The translations under genes and the position numbers were made by a program. The notes beneath the pieces were generated by a model. It was not told the DNA's origin. It saw only the letters and a list, made by a program, of their open reading frames with translations, and ran no database searches. From positions 404,928 through 468,927 of the forward strand of contig CAWCLF010000001.1 of the NCBI GenBank assembly GCA_963796325.1: a stretch of 64,000 bases of DNA. Reading direction: 5' to 3'. Below are positions 11,025-20,392 of the stretch, piece after piece (positions within the stretch are counted from its first letter, which is position 1; the number at the start of each line of letters is the position of its first letter). Origin of the DNA: an uncultured Spirochaetota bacterium (GTDB taxonomy: Bacteria; Spirochaetota; Brevinematia; Brevinematales; JAOACQ01).

Positions 11025-12264
11025 TGCCCATTGGGCGGAATTATTAGATTCGTCATATATTTTTCATATTTCTAAACAAAACTGTTTGGTGGCATAAATA
11101 TTCCCATTTTCAAGGGGGTTTATACAAAATATTGAGCCTTTTGCCTCATTATAAATGTATATCTTGCCATATTATATACAAGATTCATTAAACCAATGTT
11201 AGCTTCTGCCCTCTTTTTCCCGATTGTTCTGATGAAGCTTCTGTTCATGCTGTTTTCAATGAAGCCAAAAATATGCTCAACTCGACATCGAATGGCGCTT
11301 TTAAGTCTGTTAAGCTTCTTCTGACCTTTCCTTAAAGTCTTGTTCCTGTATCCCTTTTCATGAATGAAGTTTTTCATTTTATATTTGCTCACTATACTTT
11401 CTACTTTCTGTCCAACATAGGCGCTATCAGCATATAATGATTTTCCTGTATCTTTCTCATTCAATAAATCATTTACTTCTAACGAGTCATGAACACTTGC
11501 ATCGGTTACAGAATATTCTCTTACTATTTTTGTTAATATCTCGGCTTTAACATGATTTTTATATCCGTAATGCGCTTTATTATGCTTAATTGTCCAGCGA
11601 GCATCCATGTCTTTGTGTGAAAGCTTATGCTGATTATCTTTCCATCCTTCAGGCGTTTTACCATCTTTTATCTTTTTATTTTCTTCACGATTATTCCGTT
11701 GCCTGGGGACTTCGACAAAACTGGCGTCTATTATTGATCCAGACTTTCCGACAATACCCTGACTTTCAAGAACCGTATCGAACGCTTTAAAAAGGCCCTT
11801 TATAGCCCCTGATTTCATCAGCTTTTCCCTGAAGTCCCATATTTTGTTATGATCTGGAACCTTGTCCGCCAAAGTTATTCCCAGGAATCTCTGCAATGAC
11901 AGACTGTCATTTATCCTGAATTCGGTCTGCTCGTCGGAAAGGTTATAATACTTCTGTATAATGAGGATTTTGAACATAAAAACGTAATCATAATGTGAAG
12001 CCCCGCCTGGAGCCTTTTGTTCTTTTGGAGCAAGTAGTTCAGTGAGTATAGGACGAAAATCTTCCCATTCCATATATTCGTTAAGTTTGTCCAATGGAGT
12101 TTTGCCAAGTATTTCCATTCGCTCCTGATATTCAAATAACCTCTGATTCACCTGCTTCTTGATTTTTGTCATTTTAATATTCCCCTCTAAAATGTTAATC
12201 TTGACTATTATTTTATCTTAAATTAGCCTATTTGTACATGTAAGGGCAGTTTTTGGAACCGCCC
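10985..12264 (-). mobile_element. IS5-family insertion sequence (1280 bp) inside the ankyrin gene
   Basis: Imperfect terminal IRs gggcacttctaataactgccc / gggcggttccaaaaactgccc (reverse complement of the right end). Flanked by TTAA at 10981-10984 and 12265-12268. Confidence 0.85.
11120..12172 (-). CDS. IS5-family DDE transposase
   Basis: 350 aa. N-terminal InsH/DUF772-like block YDYVFMFKILIIQKYYNLSDEQTEFRINDSLSLQRFLG and a C-terminal DDE_Tnp_1-like region (YADSAY...RVEHIF). Confidence 0.85.
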   Translation of the reverse strand: MTKIKKQVNQRLFEYQERMEILGKTPLDKLNEYMEWEDFRPILTELLAPKEQKAPGGASHYDYVFMFKILIIQKYYNLSDEQTEFRINDSLSLQRFLGITLADKVPDHNKIWDFREKLMKSGAIKGLFKAFDTVLESQGIVGKSGSIIDASFVEVPRQRNNREENKKIKDGKTPEGWKDNQHKLSHKDMDARWTIKHNKAHYGYKNHVKAEILTKIVREYSVTDASVHDSLEVNDLLNEKDTGKSLYADSAYVGQKVESIVSKYKMKNFIHEKGYRNKTLRKGQKKLNRLKSAIRCRVEHIFGFIENSMNRSFIRTIGKKRAEANIGLMNLVYNMARYTFIMRQKAQYFV

Positions 12265-13010
12265 TTAACGCAATATTGGAAGACGCCGGCAGGCAAAAAT
12301 TGAAAGCCAATTCTTTTATGATTCATGGCAGGACAGCTTTGATTATTGCCGCTAAAAAGGGCAGCACGGAAGCGGTAAAAGCGCTGATCAACGCGAAAGC
12401 CAAGGTCAACATAGAGGATAAAGACGGCTGGACGGCTTTGATGGCGGCAGCTCAATACAGCAATTTGAGCGTAGTTCAGGCGTTGATCGAGGCCTCCGGG
12501 ACCGACATTGACGCCTGGGATATTTACGGCAATACGGCTTTGATGTTCGCGGCCATGAGTGAAAATACAGAAATTCTTAAAGCACTGATCGGGGCAAAGG
12601 CCAACGTCGATATCTCCGACGAATACGGCAAAACGGCTTTGATTAAAGCGGCCGAAAGCGGAAATACGGACATCGTTAAAGTTTTGATTGCGGCCAAGGC
12701 CAATGTCAACATGTATGACAAGTTCGACAGGACGGCCCTGTCATATGGGGCCGAGCTTGGCAGCACGGATGCGGTTAAATTATTGATCAAAGCAAAGGCC
12801 GATGTCAACACAAAGGATAATGACGGAATGACAGCGCTGATGTACGCGGTCCGCGGGAGCAGTACGGATATCGTTAAGGCATTGATAGACGCCAAAGCGG
12901 ACATTAACAGGACTGCTAAAAACGGGGATACAGCGCTGAAAATCGCGAATGATAAAGGAAATGCCGATATTATAGATCTTTTAAAAAAGTCCGGTGATTC
13001 AACCAAATAA
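12265..13010 (+). pseudogene. ankyrin-repeat protein, 3' portion (continuation of 9780..10984)
   Basis: Reading frame is open from 12267 (NAILEDAGRQKLKANSFMIHGRTALIIAAKKG...). About 7 ANK repeats, in frame with the 5' portion once the IS and one TTAA copy are removed. Confidence 0.85.
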
Positions 13011-13197
13011 ATTCGAAGTTTTCAGCTAGTTTGAATCTGGCACAGAAAAAGCTGAGTAGGAAGGAAGGTTTTCAGAACTAATGGTGCTAAAAAATAATTA
13101 TATTTTAGATATTTAATTTTCCATTAAGAAATAAGTAAAATCCATTCCCCGAAGTTGCATACCATAAAGTTGAAAATTTCTCTAAAACTTCAAGTAT

Positions 13198-14504
13198 CAA
13201 GACCTTTGCATAAGCGTTTAAATTCATGCCATTTTCCCTTGTCATAAAAATTTTAAACCGGAATTTTTAAATTCTACACAAAACAACCGGAATAATAGGT
13301 AATTATTACCTTTTCCAGTACCTTTTTCAGTTTTATTCCGCTGAAAAAGGGATTTTGGGCGCAGTTCACCCTATACAACTAATAAATTAACTGCCTTTTT
13401 CAAATTAAAAGCCATGGCCTTTAGATAAAACTCCATCAGGCCTTTTTTCAAGCTGAGGTACCTCATTCTATTAAAGCCATATAACCGCTTCAGTGTTCCA
13501 AATGTCCTCTCGACCTTATATCGAACCTGACTTATCTTTTTGTTCCATATTTTTTCTTTTTCATTCAGCGGATGATTTCTTACTCCTTTCTTCATAATCC
13601 CGTTTACCAGTTTTCTATGCCTGATTATTTTCCTGTTTTCACGGCTGGCGTATCCTTTGTCTGCATGCACTTTAGTACCAGGCCTTATCTTGCTTTCCTG
13701 GATAACAGCCTCCATATTTTTCATGTCTGTTTCATTAGCGGGAGTAACAACACCCCCAAGTACAAAGCCATCCTTGGAATCGACCATTACATGAGCCTTA
13801 TACCCGTAAACCGCTTTGCCTCCTTTCGAAATCCATTTTGCATCGGAATCATCTGAATATTCTATATTCACATCGGGTTCCGTTTCTTCCTCCTTGCGAT
13901 CTTCCGGAGCCGTTTCAACAGTCTTCCTCGGCCTTCTTGCCGATTCTATCACAGTGGCATCGATTATGACCCCTTTCTTTACAATAAGTTCCCTTTTATC
14001 AAGCTGGCGGTTAATTTCCCTGAAAAGCTTCTCGTATAACCCGGTTTTCATCAACTCATTTCTGAAACGGCATATCGTGCTGTGATCCGGAATATCATCG
14101 CTTGATGAAAAACCGGTAAATCTCTGGAAAGATAATCTGTCGAGAAGCGCCTCCTCCGTCATCGGATCGGACAGGTCATACCATGTTTGAAGCAGTAAAA
14201 CCTTGAACATTTTGAGAGGGGGATAAGATGGGTTTCCTGTCGCATCAGATGTCCTCTTATAGTTCCTGAATATGATATTATTTATGCTGACCCAATCCAT
14301 CATCTCATTAACTTCGTCGAGAAAATTATCGGTCCTGGTTTTTCTTTTCCTTTGCAGTTCATAATCGGCAAAACTCATTTCAATCTTTTTCGTAGGCATA
14401 TTCCCCTCCAACTCTAAGATCAGGCTACAATTAGATTAAAGGAGAACCGCTTTATTTTCAATATTTTCATGAATGATTTATACTATCACCGTGCAAAGGT
14501 CTTG
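13198..14504 (-). mobile_element. second, different IS5-family insertion sequence (1307 bp)
   Basis: A 13-bp perfect terminal IR caagacctttgca at 13198-13210 and, inverted, at 14492-14504. Flanked by TAT at 13195-13197 and 14505-14507. Confidence 0.75.
13371..14411 (-). CDS. IS5-family DDE transposase
   Basis: 346 aa. DUF772-like block PLKMFKVLLLQTWYDLSDPMTEEALLDRLSFQRFTGF and a DDE region (HADKGYAS...KVERTFG). Confidence 0.85.
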   Translation of the reverse strand: MEGNMPTKKIEMSFADYELQRKRKTRTDNFLDEVNEMMDWVSINNIIFRNYKRTSDATGNPSYPPLKMFKVLLLQTWYDLSDPMTEEALLDRLSFQRFTGFSSSDDIPDHSTICRFRNELMKTGLYEKLFREINRQLDKRELIVKKGVIIDATVIESARRPRKTVETAPEDRKEEETEPDVNIEYSDDSDAKWISKGGKAVYGYKAHVMVDSKDGFVLGGVVTPANETDMKNMEAVIQESKIRPGTKVHADKGYASRENRKIIRHRKLVNGIMKKGVRNHPLNEKEKIWNKKISQVRYKVERTFGTLKRLYGFNRMRYLSLKKGLMEFYLKAMAFNLKKAVNLLVV

Positions 14505-14718
14505 TATCATTATTTTCAAAAGCTTCTATCAATTCTGCAAAATATGAAAATAATGAATTCCAAAGTTCTTCGGGTATACTATTAGATAAAGCTCCTGTTT
14601 TTGGTAAAGCAAGACGTCTGTTTTATACTTTTCAGTAGCAAAAATTATTTTATATTTAACATAGAATTATTGCAACAATAAACTCTTTTTAAGTTAAATG
14701 AAGAAGTGTTAATTATTA

Positions 14719-14916
14719 TCCCTCATTATGAGGGAAGCGTAGAGACGTAGGCGAAAAACGTCGGTAAGCAAGCGGATGTCCGAACCCCGCCCCTGTGGTT
14801 CGACCTTTATTGTTAAAAAACTTATAAAAATTTAAACATAGTTTTACAGGGGCGGGGTGAGTTCCGCTTGCAGACGTTTTGAGCCGATACGGCTCAAGCT
14901 TCCCGAATAAGAGGGA
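14719..14916. repeat. 198-bp imperfect foldback (MITE-like element or structured RNA)
   Basis: Arm 14719-14796 is the approximate reverse complement of arm 14846-14916. The apex stem is 12 bp perfect (ccccgcccctgt / acaggggcgggg), with further blocks gcaagcgga/tccgcttgc, aaaacgtc/gacgtttt and gggaagc/gcttccc. The central spacer is 49 nt and A+T-rich. Confidence 0.7.
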
Positions 14917-14929
14917 CGGTTTTCTTTCG

Positions 14930-14963
14930 GTTACCTTTCTTTTGCCGCCAAAAGAAAGGTAAC
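14930..14963 (-). terminator. 14-bp perfect hairpin 10 nt downstream of the thioredoxin-fusion gene (no U-tract)
   Basis: gttacctttctttt-gccgcc-aaaagaaaggtaac. No T-run on either strand, so terminator function is uncertain. Confidence 0.35.
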
Positions 14964-14973
14964 GATATCGACG

Positions 14974-16017
14974 CTACACAATTATCATCTTGAGGGCTTT
15001 GTTGACTTCGCTTTCAAGCATGGGCTTGGGCAAAGCGCCCTGAAGAGAGCCGGCAACGATTCCGTTCTGGAATATGAGCACGGTTGGTATCGCGGTTATC
15101 TGGAATTCCGAAGATATTCCGGGGTTTTCATCGACATTGAGTTTCCCGTATACGACCCTTCCGCTGTACTGCCTGGCAAGCTCTTCGATAAACGGGGACA
15201 TTACCTTGCATGGCGCGCACCATTCGGCCCAGCAGTCCACTACGAGACGCGGATATTTTGAAACAGCTTCTTTAAAATTCATATCCCCGAGTGTTACAAC
15301 GCCTTCGGGATTGTCATGCAGGATCATTGCCTCTATCTTTTTCTTTTCCTGTTCCTTCAGGAAATCTGTAAATACGCTTGAACCATGCTTCATAACCTCG
15401 CTCAATACCCTGTTCTCGGGCTGGACCCCGAGCATGCCGGCCGTCCTGTCCTCATTAACCACCTGTATCGGAACGGAAGATATATTGAGGTTTTCCGAAA
15501 GGGCCAGATTTTCCTCGGCTTCTATGATTTCCGAAGAAATATATTCGGTATTGGCAACTGCAAAGCGGTTTGCCAGGGTCGCCGCTTGAGGGCAGTAAGG
15601 GCATGACGTAGTTACAAAAGTCTGGAGTTTAACAGGCTTGTCAATTTTTTTTATCGCTTCAAGAGATTCTTTTGCGAGTTCAGGTTCTCCCGTCGATATC
15701 ATTTTAATCGTATCGATGATAGTATTCGCTTCATGGCCTGCCGGAGTTCCGTTGAAATATATGCGGTAGCCGAGTTCTTCTCCGAAAGAGAGGTAGGGGT
15801 CTGTCCGGAATCCTCTGTCGGCGCCCTCTTTTTCGCTGTGAATATCGATTTTTATCTTGTCCGACAATAAACCCAGCTCCCTGAAAAATTCAGCGGTAAA
15901 CTCGGCGAATTGCCCCTTCTGGGACGAATACATTTTTATATCTACATCTCTTTTGAGAGTCTTATCGAACACATCCTTCAGAAAAGTGGATGTCGCTTCG
16001 TCAATCAGTCTTTCCAT
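14974..16017 (-). CDS. thioredoxin-fold fusion protein (glutaredoxin-like CPYC module + C-terminal thioredoxin WCAPC module)
   Basis: 347 aa. TSCPYCPQA in the centre (PDO/AhpF-N-like) and CWAEWCAPCK near the C-terminus (classical Trx active site). Confidence 0.8.
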   Translation of the reverse strand: MERLIDEATSTFLKDVFDKTLKRDVDIKMYSSQKGQFAEFTAEFFRELGLLSDKIKIDIHSEKEGADRGFRTDPYLSFGEELGYRIYFNGTPAGHEANTIIDTIKMISTGEPELAKESLEAIKKIDKPVKLQTFVTTSCPYCPQAATLANRFAVANTEYISSEIIEAEENLALSENLNISSVPIQVVNEDRTAGMLGVQPENRVLSEVMKHGSSVFTDFLKEQEKKKIEAMILHDNPEGVVTLGDMNFKEAVSKYPRLVVDCWAEWCAPCKVMSPFIEELARQYSGRVVYGKLNVDENPGISSEFQITAIPTVLIFQNGIVAGSLQGALPKPMLESEVNKALKMIIV

Positions 16018-16093
16018 TTCATGCTCCTAGAACTATTATAAATATAGCCAAATATCCTTTTTTCGTAAAATTTTTGTGCCGGGCAGGAACAAA

Positions 16094-16127
16094 GAAAAAG
16101 GGCCGTCCCTTAAGGAACGGCCCTTTT
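16094..16127 (-). terminator. rho-independent terminator after the OMP gene
   Basis: On the minus strand: gggccgt-tccttaaggg-acggccc followed by tttttcttt. Confidence 0.8.
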
Positions 16128-16147
16128 GTTCAAATATTTTATGAAAG

Positions 16148-17146
16148 CTAAAATGCGAAGCATATGCCGGCAGTCCAGGCAAGGTCGTTGTTCAGGAGTC
16201 CGTATTCAAGGGCCCCATTGAGGAAAAAGAGATGCACTCCCGCTATGAGCCGCAAATCCAGCAGGTTGTATCCGACGGGAGAAGCTGCACTGAGCGCTGG
16301 AAGCGACGATTGTCCGAGGCCGCCGTTTGCCGTGAACGTATCGTTCATGGTGAGAGATGTTTTCACGCCTCCCAGGTTGAGGTTGAGACCGAGGCCTACA
16401 AAAGGACCGCCTATGAACGGGACGTTGAGACCTGCCATTACCTTCGTGCCGATGGAGACGCCGCCCCAGTTAAATGCGAAAGCGGCATTATACGAGTTGG
16501 TTCCTATCAAATTTCCGCTGTTATCGTATGCGGCTCCCGAACCGCTGTAGCTGTAGGAAACATTGCCTGTATCGTAATCCACCGAAAGGCGGGCATCGAT
16601 CTTTATCATATCGAAAAATGACCACAGCAGGTAGCGTCCTTCAACGCCGGCGCGGAATTCATAAAAGGATATCGTTGAACCTGTCCCGGTAGAAAAGCTG
16701 AACGAGGGTATGAAACCCAGCCTTATTCCCACGTCCATAGGCAGCGTCGGGATTCCCAGCTTGAAGTATGCATCGTCGTAGGGGAACGGCACAATCGATA
16801 TATCCTGTCCTACGGCGTTAACGTAATTCGTCATGGGACTGGAATTGGTGTTTGAGAAAATATTATCTCCCTTGCCTATCCTGTATAAGATATCGGATGT
16901 GTTCACCCCTGCGTCAAGCCCGAATTTTATGCCGAAATCGCCCGAGGTATTGACAGGCGTGACATTTCCCGAACCGGTATAATAGCCCATATGCCTGGCC
17001 ATTTCAACAGATACGGGCGATACCGCCGAGGCGAGGATGTTGTTCAGGCTCTGGACAAGCTGGTTCGTATAGTCGTCAAATTGCCCTGCATAAAGACCCG
17101 CAGAAAAGAATAATGAAACTAATACGCCTGGGATGATCCGTTTCAT
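16148..17146 (-). CDS. putative outer-membrane beta-barrel protein
   Basis: 332 aa with a signal peptide. Gly/Ser/Asn/Tyr-rich alternating pattern and a C-terminal aromatic residue (…GICFAF). No family recognised. Confidence 0.5.
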   Translation of the reverse strand: MKRIIPGVLVSLFFSAGLYAGQFDDYTNQLVQSLNNILASAVSPVSVEMARHMGYYTGSGNVTPVNTSGDFGIKFGLDAGVNTSDILYRIGKGDNIFSNTNSSPMTNYVNAVGQDISIVPFPYDDAYFKLGIPTLPMDVGIRLGFIPSFSFSTGTGSTISFYEFRAGVEGRYLLWSFFDMIKIDARLSVDYDTGNVSYSYSGSGAAYDNSGNLIGTNSYNAAFAFNWGGVSIGTKVMAGLNVPFIGGPFVGLGLNLNLGGVKTSLTMNDTFTANGGLGQSSLPALSAASPVGYNLLDLRLIAGVHLFFLNGALEYGLLNNDLAWTAGICFAF

Positions 17147-17230
17147 AATGCCCTCCTATAACAAACTTAGAGTTAAAGAAATATACACGAATTTCATGAA
17201 AAAAGCAATGGTAAATTTCTTATTTTATTT

Positions 17231-17260
17231 AAAACCGAACCGGAGGGCATCCGGTTTTAA
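17231..17260 (-). terminator. hairpin terminator after ilvE
   Basis: aaccgga-gggca-tccggtt, with T/A-rich runs on both sides. Confidence 0.5.
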
Positions 17261-17270
17261 CAGGGTCGGT

Positions 17271-18146
17271 TCAATCGATCGGCGTTCCGTTGGACATAAC
17301 GTAGGCTCTGAATTTCTTCATAAGGTCCCTGGTAACCGGCCCGGGTTTGCCGCCGCCTATAACTCTTCCGTCGATCTTTACTACAGGGACGACTTCCGCT
17401 CCCGTACCTGTTATGAATACCTCGTCGGCGATGAACATTTCCACCCTTGAAAAGAATTTTTCGGAAACCGTATAGCCTGAAATGCCGGCAATCTCGGAAA
17501 CCGTGTCCCTGGTGATTCCGGGCAAAGCCCCGGCTACCGCGGGCGGCATGAAAATTTTACTGCCCTTAACCATAAAGATATTATCTCCTGAACATTCTGC
17601 GACATATCCCTCATTGTTGAGCATTATCACTTCCTCGACGCCCGAGTTCCTGCCTTCCAGTTTAGCCATTATGTTATTGAGATAATTCAGCGATTTAATT
17701 ACAGGGCTTATCGATTCTATTGAATTCCTTCGGGTCGGGACGGTAATTACCGGCAGTCCCTTTTCATACAGGACGTCGGGATAAAGCTGAATTTTATCCG
17801 CAATGATTATCATCGAAGGGTTTTTACATTTCCATGGGTCGAGTCCCAGGTCCCCGATTCCCCTTGTCACTATGGGGCGGATGTACCCATCCTTTATTTT
17901 ATTTGCCCTGCATACATCAATAACCGCTTTTTTAAAGCTGTCCGCCGGGATCGGCATATCCAGCATTATTACTTTGGCGGAATTGTACAGACGTTCTGCG
18001 TGTTCGTCAAGCTTGAATATCCTGCCGTTATATGCCCGGATACCCTCGAATACTCCGTCGCCGTAAAGAAGTCCATGGTCGAAAACGGAAATGCATGCCT
18101 TTTCGCTTTCAACGATTTTACCGTTAAGATAAACATATAAAGCCAT
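17271..18146 (-). CDS. ilvE: branched-chain amino acid aminotransferase (class IV)
   Basis: 291 aa. N-terminus …VFDHGLLYGDGVFEGIRAYNGRIFKLDEHAERLYNSAK and …EGYVAECSGDNIF are typical of IlvE. Confidence 0.9.
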   Translation of the reverse strand: MALYVYLNGKIVESEKACISVFDHGLLYGDGVFEGIRAYNGRIFKLDEHAERLYNSAKVIMLDMPIPADSFKKAVIDVCRANKIKDGYIRPIVTRGIGDLGLDPWKCKNPSMIIIADKIQLYPDVLYEKGLPVITVPTRRNSIESISPVIKSLNYLNNIMAKLEGRNSGVEEVIMLNNEGYVAECSGDNIFMVKGSKIFMPPAVAGALPGITRDTVSEIAGISGYTVSEKFFSRVEMFIADEVFITGTGAEVVPVVKIDGRVIGGGKPGPVTRDLMKKFRAYVMSNGTPID

Positions 18147-18182
18147 ATAATTCTCCTTTATCCTGCCGGATGGGTACCTGAC

Positions 18183-18845
18183 CTACCCCAGGTTGATTAT
18201 TATATCGCATTTATTGGCAATATCCGTATTGTGCGTTGCGATTATAAAAGTTTTATTGAATTTTTCTTTCAAAGTCCATAGAAGATCCTCGACATTTGCA
18301 GCGTTTTTCCTGTCAAGGCTTCCGGTAGGTTCGTCAGCGAATACAACCGGAGGATCGTTTATCAGGGCCCTTATTATTGCCACCCTCTGCCTCTCCCCTC
18401 CGCTCAGCTGATCGGGATAATGCGAGTGCCTTTCCTGCAGACCGACGCTGTCCAGAAGACTCATTGCTCTTTCGCGTACGGCCCTGTCGATGATATCGCC
18501 TTTTATCCTCAGCGGAATAAGGACATTGTCAAGCGCCGTAAAATCTTCAAGGAGGTAGTGATGCTGGAAAATAAATCCGACATTGGTATTTCTGAATTCA
18601 GACAATCTTTCCTCGTCGATGGAGTCTATCCTCTGGCCGTTGAATATTACTTCGCCGGAGGTGGGCCTGTCCAGCCCGCTTAGAATATTGAGCATAGTCG
18701 TCTTGCCCCGGCCGCTCTGGCCGATAATTGCAACTGCGGAACCCCTTGCTATTCCGGCATTGAAGTTCTCGAAAACAGTTATGCTGTCTACGGCCGTCCG
18801 GTATATCTTGGAGATGAATTTCGCATCGATTATATTGTCAGTCAT
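18183..18845 (-). CDS. lolD: ABC transporter ATP-binding protein, LolD/MacB-type
   Basis: Walker A GQSGRGKT, signature LSGGERQR, Walker B VVFADEPTGSLD. Start overlaps the stop of the FtsX-type permease gene upstream in the same transcription direction. Confidence 0.8.
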   Translation of the reverse strand: MTDNIIDAKFISKIYRTAVDSITVFENFNAGIARGSAVAIIGQSGRGKTTMLNILSGLDRPTSGEVIFNGQRIDSIDEERLSEFRNTNVGFIFQHHYLLEDFTALDNVLIPLRIKGDIIDRAVRERAMSLLDSVGLQERHSHYPDQLSGGERQRVAIIRALINDPPVVFADEPTGSLDRKNAANVEDLLWTLKEKFNKTFIIATHNTDIANKCDIIINLG

Positions 18846-20118
18846 TTCTTAAAACCTCTACAGGCCTGAATTTGGAAGCATTCATGGCGGGCAGGATCAC
18901 CGCCACTGTGCTCAGGACAACGGAAAGCAGCATTACGAAAATTATATCGGAGAACATTATTTTGATCGGAAATTTATCGATATAATATACGTTCGAATTG
19001 AAAAACTGGAAAACGGCGGGCGCCGTGACGGGTTTAACGATGCTTGCCAGCCTGTATCCAGACGATAATGTAAAATTGACGATTATTTCTATAAACTTCA
19101 ATATATCGTTGAGCGTGACGGTTACGAGAAGTCCGGCGAGGATCCCGACGGCGCTTCCGGAAATGCCCAGGAGGAACCCGTCCAGCAGGAACACCTGCAG
19201 CGTCCCGCTCGGCTTGAGGCCCATTGCCTTGAGAATGCCGATTTCCTCCTTTTTATCGAGGACCATAGCTATCATGGTGCTTAAAATATTAAAAGCCACC
19301 ACGAAAAAAAAGAAAAAGAGTATGATATCTATGAGCATTTTTTCGTCCTGGAGAGCCGCCAGGTCGTTGTGGTGCAGGTCTTTCCAGCTGTACACATAAT
19401 AAGGCGCGGCCCTTTTGAACTCCGGAATATATTTTTCAATTTCATAAGGATCTTCGACTTTGACCCTCAGCCCGTCGGCATAGCTTCCCGCGTCGAAGAT
19501 TTCATTGGCATCCTTGAAGGACATGAAGGCGAGCCCCGAGTCATATTCTTTCTGCCCTGCCGTAAAGATACACCTTACCCTGAACCGGTATTCGATAGGG
19601 ATGAAATCTTCGCCGTAAACCATTATCCCGATGGTATCGCCCACGCCGGTTCCCAGATTGAGCGCCAGATTGTAGCCGAGCGCGATCGATCTTCCGGTCT
19701 TGAAGTCGAAACTCCCGTCGTTGATCTGAAATTGTTTGCGGAATTCCTTGTCATTATAAACATCGCCGGGCATTCCCATGATCATGGAGCCCCAGGTATT
19801 GAAGCTTCCCTTGAGGAGGGCCTGCTTTTCATAATAAGGAAATACCGTTGTGACTCCCTTTATTTTTGAAATTTCCTTCTCTACTTTTTCATAATTCTCG
19901 ATGCCCCTTCCCGGGCCCATAATAACTGCATGAAAATCCTTGGCCATCAGTTTCTGCATAAAGTTGTCATGGATTCCGTTCGCGGCCGAAAGTATGACGA
20001 TTGCAGCGGCACAGCTTATTACGATGGTCAGGAGGGCTATGACTGCGATAACGGACAGCCCCCTGTCGCTGGCCTTGAAATTAAGGTATTTTGTAGACAG
20101 ATAGAGTATGATGTCCAT
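18838..20118 (-). CDS. LolC/LolE-family (FtsX-type) permease
   Basis: 426 aa with the MacB/FtsX architecture: N-terminal TM, large periplasmic domain and three C-terminal TMs (ILKAMGLKPS motif). Confidence 0.8.
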   Translation of the reverse strand: MDIILYLSTKYLNFKASDRGLSVIAVIALLTIVISCAAAIVILSAANGIHDNFMQKLMAKDFHAVIMGPGRGIENYEKVEKEISKIKGVTTVFPYYEKQALLKGSFNTWGSMIMGMPGDVYNDKEFRKQFQINDGSFDFKTGRSIALGYNLALNLGTGVGDTIGIMVYGEDFIPIEYRFRVRCIFTAGQKEYDSGLAFMSFKDANEIFDAGSYADGLRVKVEDPYEIEKYIPEFKRAAPYYVYSWKDLHHNDLAALQDEKMLIDIILFFFFFVVAFNILSTMIAMVLDKKEEIGILKAMGLKPSGTLQVFLLDGFLLGISGSAVGILAGLLVTVTLNDILKFIEIIVNFTLSSGYRLASIVKPVTAPAVFQFFNSNVYYIDKFPIKIMFSDIIFVMLLSVVLSTVAVILPAMNASKFRPVEVLRND

Positions 20119-20392
20119 TCAAGATAATACCTTCCTTTTCCGATTATCAATACAAAAGATTATAATGAAAAGGGAAATATAAGTAAATAAAATAGTTATG
20201 GCCGCATCTATTTTAAACCCTTCGGATGGGAAGCGGCCATGGACCTTTAAAGACCATTGGTTTTGAGACTGAATAATGGTATAATATTTTGGCGATAAAT
20301 TGATGTTTAAAGATGGAAGACTTATAATTATATGTTCATTAATGCGGGAATTTGCCGCTGTTTGATTTAAAAATCGCCGGATAGAGGTTGTT

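Noticed and set aside
10985-14504. The two IS5-family elements flanking the ankyrin 3' fragment as a composite transposon
   Set aside because: The two elements have unrelated terminal repeats, different duplications (TTAA versus TAT) and only distantly related transposases. The segment between them is simply the continuation of the split gene.
14505-14640. Minus-strand peptide …RRLALPKTGALSNSIPEELWNSLFSYFAELIEAFENNDT* that ends exactly at the second IS5 insertion site
   Set aside because: There is no start codon and a stop lies about 40 codons upstream. It may be a remnant of the gene hit by the IS but cannot be identified.
20261-20286. Extended -10 promoter (TGgTATAAT) upstream of the hypothetical gene at 20393
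   Set aside because: The only TTGAGA -35-like hexamer is 11 nt away, which is the wrong spacing. It was kept as a possibility but not reported as a feature.
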